Source: Paraspadella gotoi (taxonomy: Eukaryota; Animalia; Chaetognatha). Taken from it: a stretch of 64,000 nt of DNA. How positions within the stretch are numbered: the first letter of the stretch is position 1; each line of letters opens with the position of its first letter. The notes beneath the pieces were generated by a model that saw nothing but the letters and a program-made list of their open reading frames with translations, had not been told where the DNA came from and searched no databases. A program made the translations under genes and the position numbers. The stretch covers positions 20,872,780 through 20,936,779 of the forward strand of contig CM119266.1 of the NCBI GenBank assembly GCA_051294375.1. Reading direction: 5' to 3'. Shown here piece after piece: positions 56,853 through 64,000 of this stretch.

Positions 56853-59800
56853 TCATTCCGCCAAAATTCCTTCGTTCAAAATGACGCTTTGCGCCGTGAT
56901 GGTTTTTCCCGAGACTTGAGCGACAGAACGAATGACCTTGGGGGGGGGGGGACAAGTGATTCCAAAAAAAGTAGTCAACAATAAAAGATAACAAAAATCC
57001 ACACTCTCGCCACCTGCTGAATCCTGTTCTTCATGCACACGAAGAGCGAAGAATCGGCGGTGGCGCCGGAGGCAGAATTGTCGAAATGATCGATGCTGCG
57101 AAGGAGGAGCTCGTCGATGCTGCCGGCCCAGCGCTGCGTCCGCATCCACTCTGCCGCGTAGTCGCGGATTGTCTCCAGATCCGGCGAGAAGAGTTCGTTG
57201 ACGTCGTTGCCCGGAATCGGCACGACGAGAACCACGCCCACAACCTCGTCCGCCCCTCGCTTGCCGGGGGTGAATTCGAGGGAGATCTCGCCGTGATGAA
57301 GCTCGTAAGGGCCGTTGACCATCTGGTCGGAGAAAAGGGGAGGGGGGGATAAAGACACGGATTTCTTTGTTGAAAGTTCTGTTCCAGGATAAAAACTCAA
57401 AAAGTTCGACCTCGTCACCCATAGGAATCTTGGCTTGGCCGCTCAGTAACATCACGTGTCTAAAGTTAGCGTAATCCATCTCGAAAGTCGGCTTGCCTTG
57501 AGAAAAGGTTCATTCTAGGTAACGTCGGAAATGTATTGTATATATTTTTTTTCTCCAACTATCCTGGCTAATTTTACGATAAAATTTATCTTCATATTGC
57601 GTTTCAATGTTACCACTTGACAATTTAAAATGCTTACTGACGGATTTAGATTTGTGGCCAGCGTCTATGAGAACGATAAACGCCATTTCCAGGTCTTGCC
57701 AATCCTGGGCGTCGGCCTTTAACTCTCTCAAGTAGTCCGTGGCCAGAGATTTCCACAGCCGAGCCTCTAGGCTAACGAAGCGACAGGAAAACTTTACCAG
57801 CATCTCGTCAACCTATTGTTATTGTATTGGTCAATTTTTGTTAGCCATGCCATTTGCAACAATTGCATTTAATTGGGCTATTTTAAATTTAATATATGTT
57901 CACAAATGAGGTGCACCAGATACCTTATCTTCGGGAAGAAAATAAGCGACGACAGTTGACAAACAAATCGCCTAAATAAAAAAAAATTTCAATTTACGTA
58001 AACATCTCGAATGATGTTTACCTAAAAACCATAATAATAAATCATGTGCGAGAGGAATCACGTTACGCGAACCACACCTTAGAGACGCTGTTCGATTCTG
58101 CGACGGCGTTAAACTCGTTGATGACGCTGCCTCTGGAGATAAAGGCAAACTCGGCCCTCAACAGGTTCGCCCGCATGTTCTTGGCGGTGATGGTCGGACT
58201 CTGCACGTCCTTAATGACACCCTCGGGTCGTCGAAGGTTGAGGAGAAAGTTGGAGGGGAGCTTGTCGCTCCAGTCGCCCTCAAGATCCGGACGTGTCGCC
58301 TCCCCGGTGTTCATCACGTGATCGAACTCGAAGAGATTGAAAGGAATTAGATCGAAGAATGATATCAAAAGGGGAACGAGAGGTAAGGCTGTATAACAGA
58401 TAGAGAACCGGTTCCGGAAAAAAAAGGATCCCGTTCTTTCCCAATATACCTGCCAATTCTCGGCTTTGCCCCGCACAAGACCGATAGCGCCTTTAGCGAG
58501 AACTGTCCCGCTGGCGATAAAGTAGAGACCCTGGTACTTTCGCGAGGCGTTGATGTCCACGCCGGTGTTGAAGGTCTTCAGCTCGGCCTGTTCTACGATG
58601 TACCGCTGCACCGCGGGATCGCCGTCCAACCAAGCTACCACCTGAATCGAATGACCTTGTGTTTAAGAATCAAATAAGCAGGGCAGTATTGATTTCGTTG
58701 CCATATAAGGTTAAGGGTTATTTTAACAAAAGAGAATTCAATTCACCTTGAGAGCCTCCGAATAGTCTGGCAGATCGAGAGCTTTGGGCATTCTTCTGAG
58801 ATTGACCTTCTTCTTGTCCAGAATGTCGTTGAGGATCTCCTCGTCCTTGTCGTCGAGGAATCCCATCTGGTATAACTCGCTGACGCGCGTGAGTCCGGAA
58901 TCCAAGACTACCGCGGTCGCCTGACGGGTGCGGATCGACACCTGGATCGAAACCGGAAAAAAAAGTCTTGGGTTTCTAGCATTGAACCCGATTACTAATC
59001 TAATGTTTTTTGAATCGAAATTTGTTTATAAAAAATGAATTCGTAAACAAACAAAAAAACAAACAAACAAACAAAAAGACAAAAAAGCGACCTCTACTGC
59101 GGGTCGTTCCGAGCAAAACTTGGCCAACTTCTTTTGCGAGAGATAGATGTTGGATTTGTTGCGCGCCTGCGTGACCTCGTCGATCGGCTGATAGACGCTG
59201 ATGGGAACTTGGCGAATATGGGATTTGATGTCGTGCTAACCGCATCGATAAATCAAATTATACTAATAATGAAATTATTCACCTATATTCTTTAGGTTAA
59301 GTACAGAAATACCGACCTGAGCATCGACGAGTGCGGCGCTGACCTCGATGACCTCGCTATAGTTGCGATTAATGATTCCCTGAATGATCTTGGAGTCGAC
59401 AGGCATGCAGAAGCGAAAGAGGCGGGCCAAGCGGAAGAACCGAATCAGTTTGATCATCTTTACGGCGAAGAACGAACTGTCGGTACTTTCGCCTGAAAAA
59501 TCGCAGAAGTTTCCGATTGTTCGTAGCTAAAGAATTATTTTCTAACGCGTTCATTTTTAAACAATCAAAGGTTAAAGGTTAAAATAGTAGACCTCCGTGA
59601 TAAATCGGTCACATGTAAAATGCAATTGCAATAATGTAATTCTTTTTTGCTCAAATCTGATTTGCATGAAGTAATTTTTTTTCGGTTATCAGGTATAAAA
59701 ACCAACCAAATGAACAAATGAATTATCAGTTAAATCGCATCATCTTCGGTCAAGGGCGGAAGCGATAATAGAAAATTAGTCTTCAAGTTTAAAGGGTAGA

Positions 59801-62067
59801 TATATTATTAAATAACTATTCCGAGGAAACGCATTGGCAGTGTGAGCCCAATCATTACTTAAGACTTTATTTCTTAACGAAACCTAGACGAAGCCCTATG
59901 AGACATTTTTTCGGTCTGTCTGTCCGTCTCTCTCTGTCCGAGAACATTACATAAATAAAAAACTAAGCTTAAAACACTCATCGGGGCGGAGATAAATATG
60001 GATCGCCCGAGCAACAAGAGCACCAATCCCTTCCTCTCACTCTGCGGCTCCTTGCAGGCGGGCGTCCCTTCGAATCTCGGATTCAACCCGACGGCGATGA
60101 CGCTGACGAAGCCCATGACGACGATGACGAAGTCGAGCCATCCCCAAAAGGATCGCGGGAAGTAGTCCTTTTTGTGGGCGATCAAGCGGACGATGAACTC
60201 GAAAATGTAGAGAGCGAGGAATATGTTGTCGACGAGGAAGAGATAAACGTTGTCGCATTCCTTCGTCGCCTCATACACGATCGGAATCAAGTTGAGGATG
60301 ATGATGATGATGAAGATCACTTCGAACTTCATGTCCTCCACCATCTTTTTGACGCAAAGCTTTACGCGGGAGGAGGGGGGGAGGGAGATGAGGTTCGGTG
60401 GAGCGGGTTAAGTCATTGCATCAATGTGTCATCAGCGAACCTGCGAGCACCGCTTCGAGCTGGCGTCTTCTTCGGGAGTCGCGTTCGCGTTCTGATTGGC
60501 CAATTTTCGCTTTCCGCCTACTGTTCTGTTCCTGTTCCTTATGCGCGAGTTCCAACTTGTAATTTCATTTTTATTTGGGTAGCGGGCGCTGTTGTTCTCG
60601 TTGGCGTTTCCCTTGTTACACCAATTAATTGAAATATTTTAAATTTTCGTGGTCGTTCTTCTTAATTCAAGCCTTTGATTTGAATGAGAAGAAAAAAAAC
60701 CGACAATTTAAAAAAAAAACATTAAATAAAAAGTAAAAATAAAAAATTAACAAAATAGTAAACAAATATACACAAAATAAACAAACATGAGGTGACAATC
60801 ACCTTCGCCTCGATTCCCTTTTCCTCTTCATCCGCGTTGCGATTTTTGGGCGTGTCCTCCATCGCCTGGGATTTGTTCTTCGCGTTGGTTCCCTTGAGAG
60901 TTGAGTAAATTAATAAATTAATAAATTAATAAATCAATTGATAAATTGTAAAGCATCTTAATGAAAATTGAACGAAAAAGAGAATATTGGGGGCCTTAAC
61001 CCAGCATAGCCGGTCCAAAATTCAGGGGCATGAAAGCTTATTCATTAAATGAATAAATAATTGTAACATTGACAATATTTGACAAATAAAGATTGACCAA
61101 GCGAAAAATTCGTAAGTCGGAAGGACTATCACCAATTTAACCATATTCATTATTAATCATTTGATAATCTAAAATGTTCTACTATAGACCCAACACGAGA
61201 ACAAACCTTATTAGCCGACTTCTTTTCCTTTTTCTTCTTTAAGTTGGAGGGCATGCCGACCTGAGCGTAGAGCCGACTGTGCTCAGCCCGCTCGTCAGCC
61301 ACTTTCTCGACATCGGTGTACCCTTCCTCCGTCTCCGCCAACTCTTCTGTTCTGGTGGACGGAAATTAAAACGAAACTTTGGCCTTATTTTCCCAGAAGG
61401 CCCAATTTCTTCCTCGATTCGAAATCGGGTAAATTCTTATTCAAAATTAAATTAAAAGTTACTTTTAGGGATTATGAATTAGATTAATGATTAAGGTTAT
61501 GGATTGGTTAGAGTTAGAGTTATTAGGGTTAGTGATTAGAGTTTAAGGTTAGAAATTAGGGATAAAGGTTTTGGGCGAGGGTTTAAGATTCGGTCAAGGT
61601 TAGGGATTTTGTGATAAGCTTAAAAAATTATATGAGTTAAATATTAAATTCTGAGATAAATGATTATAAATGGGGCACTCTCGGAATAGAGAGCACGATA
61701 GTTATTAGGTAACAGGTATAGTCAGAGTCATCGTTCATTTCGTGTTGGCCAAACCTCGAGTGCAACTCGTGCGTGGACCACTGGCCGATGCGACTCTGCT
61801 CGTACTGGGTCAAATAGGAGACCCCCTCCAATCGGAGCAGGCGGTGACGAGACTCCTCAACCATGTCGATGACCTCCTTGCTGGAGGGCTGGTTCTGAAC
61901 CTTGACGTTACACTCGGGACAGGTCGTTTTCCGGTCGAGGAAGACGTCGCTGTCGTCTTCCTCGACGTCGTAGACGTTGTCGAGGATGACGATCTTCTCG
62001 ACGCAGACCCAGTCGGCGTCCGCGAAGAACTTGTCGCTCTTTTTTAGGGGAGTGGGGAGGTGGGCGT

Positions 62068-62123
<56 letters not shown>

Positions 62124-62194
62124 AGACCGAAAATTAATAAACGCCAACAGGGCATCGCCAAAAAAAGCCGTGAGAATCATTTAAAGTGAAGCCG

Positions 62195-62235
<41 letters not shown>

Positions 62236-63810
62236 CAATCTCGGAGGTCGTCCTTGAAAAGACGAGAGAGACAGGCCAAACAGCCAAACGAAGCGGTTTC
62301 ACGTCAAACAAAAACTTTTAACCCAATTTCTGACCTGCAGGATCCCGCTCATCTGAGTGACAGAGTCTTCTATCTTCCTCAACGCGGCCGCCATGTTGAT
62401 TCTTTTGGCGACGGAAGCTTTGGAGAATTCGAGGACGTTGAGAAGCGACCCCGTCGTCGTCGCGTTGAAGATGAGGGTAAAGAGGACGACGCCGATCGTC
62501 CAGATGAGGATCGATTGATAGCGAGACTGAACAGCAGAGGGGGGGGGAGCGGAAGATATATGGACATTGGACAGTAGGGTGGAGTGATGAAAAGATTGAG
62601 CGATGGAAGAATTTTTTTTGCTGCCTTTGTATACGTAATAAAAAATAATTAAGCCCTTTTTTTAAAAAGAATGGCATAACAGTATCATAATTTGAATTTT
62701 CTTTATAGTAATATTCTAATAAAATCATAAAATTTCAAAATCATATTTTTTCGATTTTAAGAACAGTTTCTGATTCACCGGAAAAAACTGAAAAACTTTT
62801 GTAAAATATGTCTCATGATATTTTTAGGTTAAAGCAGCGAAAAATGACTAAAATGTTTCTTCATATTATAGTTTCTATTACAGAGCGTAAAAAAGTAGAG
62901 AATTTTGACCTTTTTTCAATTTTTGACGCTGAAGACATATAAATTTTAAATAACTTATTTTCTATTTTTGATCTAACTTTTTATGAAAAATCAGAATCTT
63001 TAATAAAATTCTTTCAAAAATTATTTAAAAAAAATATTATTCTGAAAGGATATTACTATAAATATATTGTAATTAATGATACTGATCCCCAAACAATGTA
63101 ATCTAAATATTTTTTGTACTCCTTAATCATACTATCTCACGTCTAAATATCCTTGTTTGTTCACTCAAATAAAATTTCTGTTCCCCAGTGCTCCATTCTT
63201 TTGGACAGCATAGTCGCTCTATATGTAACAGTGGCAGTTCATAAGGTTGAACAATGCGAGGGCCTTTCTAAGCAACAATAAATTCAGCCAGAGCTGACAA
63301 CATTTTTCCCCAATATATTTTTAGAAGAAAGTTCTTTGTCAATTCAAATAATTAAATTTATCAACTTTATCTGGGGTCTCATTATCACGAGTATCATTAT
63401 CACATGTACTGAAAGACCGAATGGTTTGCCTCCATTGGCTTATCCGTCTTTTCTGCTGATTGACCAATCAGAGATTGAGATTGAGAGAACCAGATCATTC
63501 TTCAGATACCTGTCCTTTTCTGTCTCGTACACTAAAAAAATGCAAATAAGATTTTAGAGTCCTAATAAAACCTTCAAGGTGTGATGATTGACGTAGTGCC
63601 AGTAGATGTTGTCCACATTTTCCTCCTTGACGACGAGCGCCAGCGCCAGCCCCACGGCGCCGCGAAGTCCGCCCCAAATCATCGTTAACGCCGTTTTCCA
63701 GTTGATACCGTAACCCGTTCGTTTAAGTATCGGATACAGAAACACAATCACGATCGTCCGGATGCCGATGACCAATATGTAAATGGCGATTGTCTCGCCA
63801 ACAGCGATAC
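56853..63810 (-). CDS. SLC9C1: SLC9C1-like (sperm-type) voltage-gated Na+/H+ exchanger, 3' portion; 5' exons lie beyond the window
   Basis: NHE C-terminal helices (GYGINWK..WGGLRGAVGLALAL, 63810-63572; GVVLFTLIFNATT, 62526-62335) and ADADW (62038 exon). VSD S1-S3 (60347-~60040: FE...IILN, F..LYIFEFIVRL, WGWLDFVIV) and S4 KMIKLIRFFRLARLFR (~59413-59460). CNBD-like GLYFIASGTV (~58500-58530). Last exon 56936-56853. Confidence 0.9.
60990..61065 (+). mobile_element. Family A repeat copy (partial)
   Basis: ggccttaacccagcatagccggtccaaaattcaggggca..agcttattcattaaatgaat. Confidence 0.55.
61378..61620 (+). repeat. Family B repeat copy (degenerate TTAGGG-like interior)
   Basis: tttggccttattttcccagaaggccca followed by a degenerate ttaggg tract, as at 15738-16092. 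Confidence 0.6.
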
Positions 63811-63855
63811 CTGGCAACAGAAAAGGCAACGTCGTAGGCACTTTAAAATTTCTTA

Positions 63856-63977
<122 letters not shown>

Positions 63978-64000
63978 TCTCACACACACACCCGGCTTAT

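Overview
Eukaryotic, intron-containing animal genomic DNA from a draft assembly, with five N gaps and abundant (AG)n, (AAAG)n and (GAC)n microsatellites. The myosin light chain type suggests an invertebrate protostome (inference). Seven spliced genes can be reconstructed by hand. (1) A giant minus-strand gene (<1..13471) with a TET-family Cys-rich + DSBH domain whose Fe(II)/2-oxoglutarate ligands appear substituted or deleted, i.e. a candidate pseudo-TET. The ORF track misses half of it because its 3.9 kb last visible exon runs off the window. (2) A 14-exon gene joining an XK-family (Xkr scramblase-like) membrane region to two C-type lectin domains. (3) An SLC5 sodium:solute symporter. (4) Alpha-tubulin. 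(5) CFAP52/WDR16. (6) A myosin essential light chain. (7) SSR3/TRAP-gamma. The window also holds the 3' part of an SLC9C1-like voltage-gated Na+/H+ exchanger with a degenerate cyclic-nucleotide-binding domain. Non-coding items are a highly structured ~270-nt antisense intronic RNA candidate, a ~9-copy interspersed repeat, a HINE-like element, a foldback MITE and a 3.3 kb tandem duplication that is probably an assembly artefact. About a third of the 3' splice sites I could place are AAG or GAG. All homology calls come from remembered family motifs; no searches were run.
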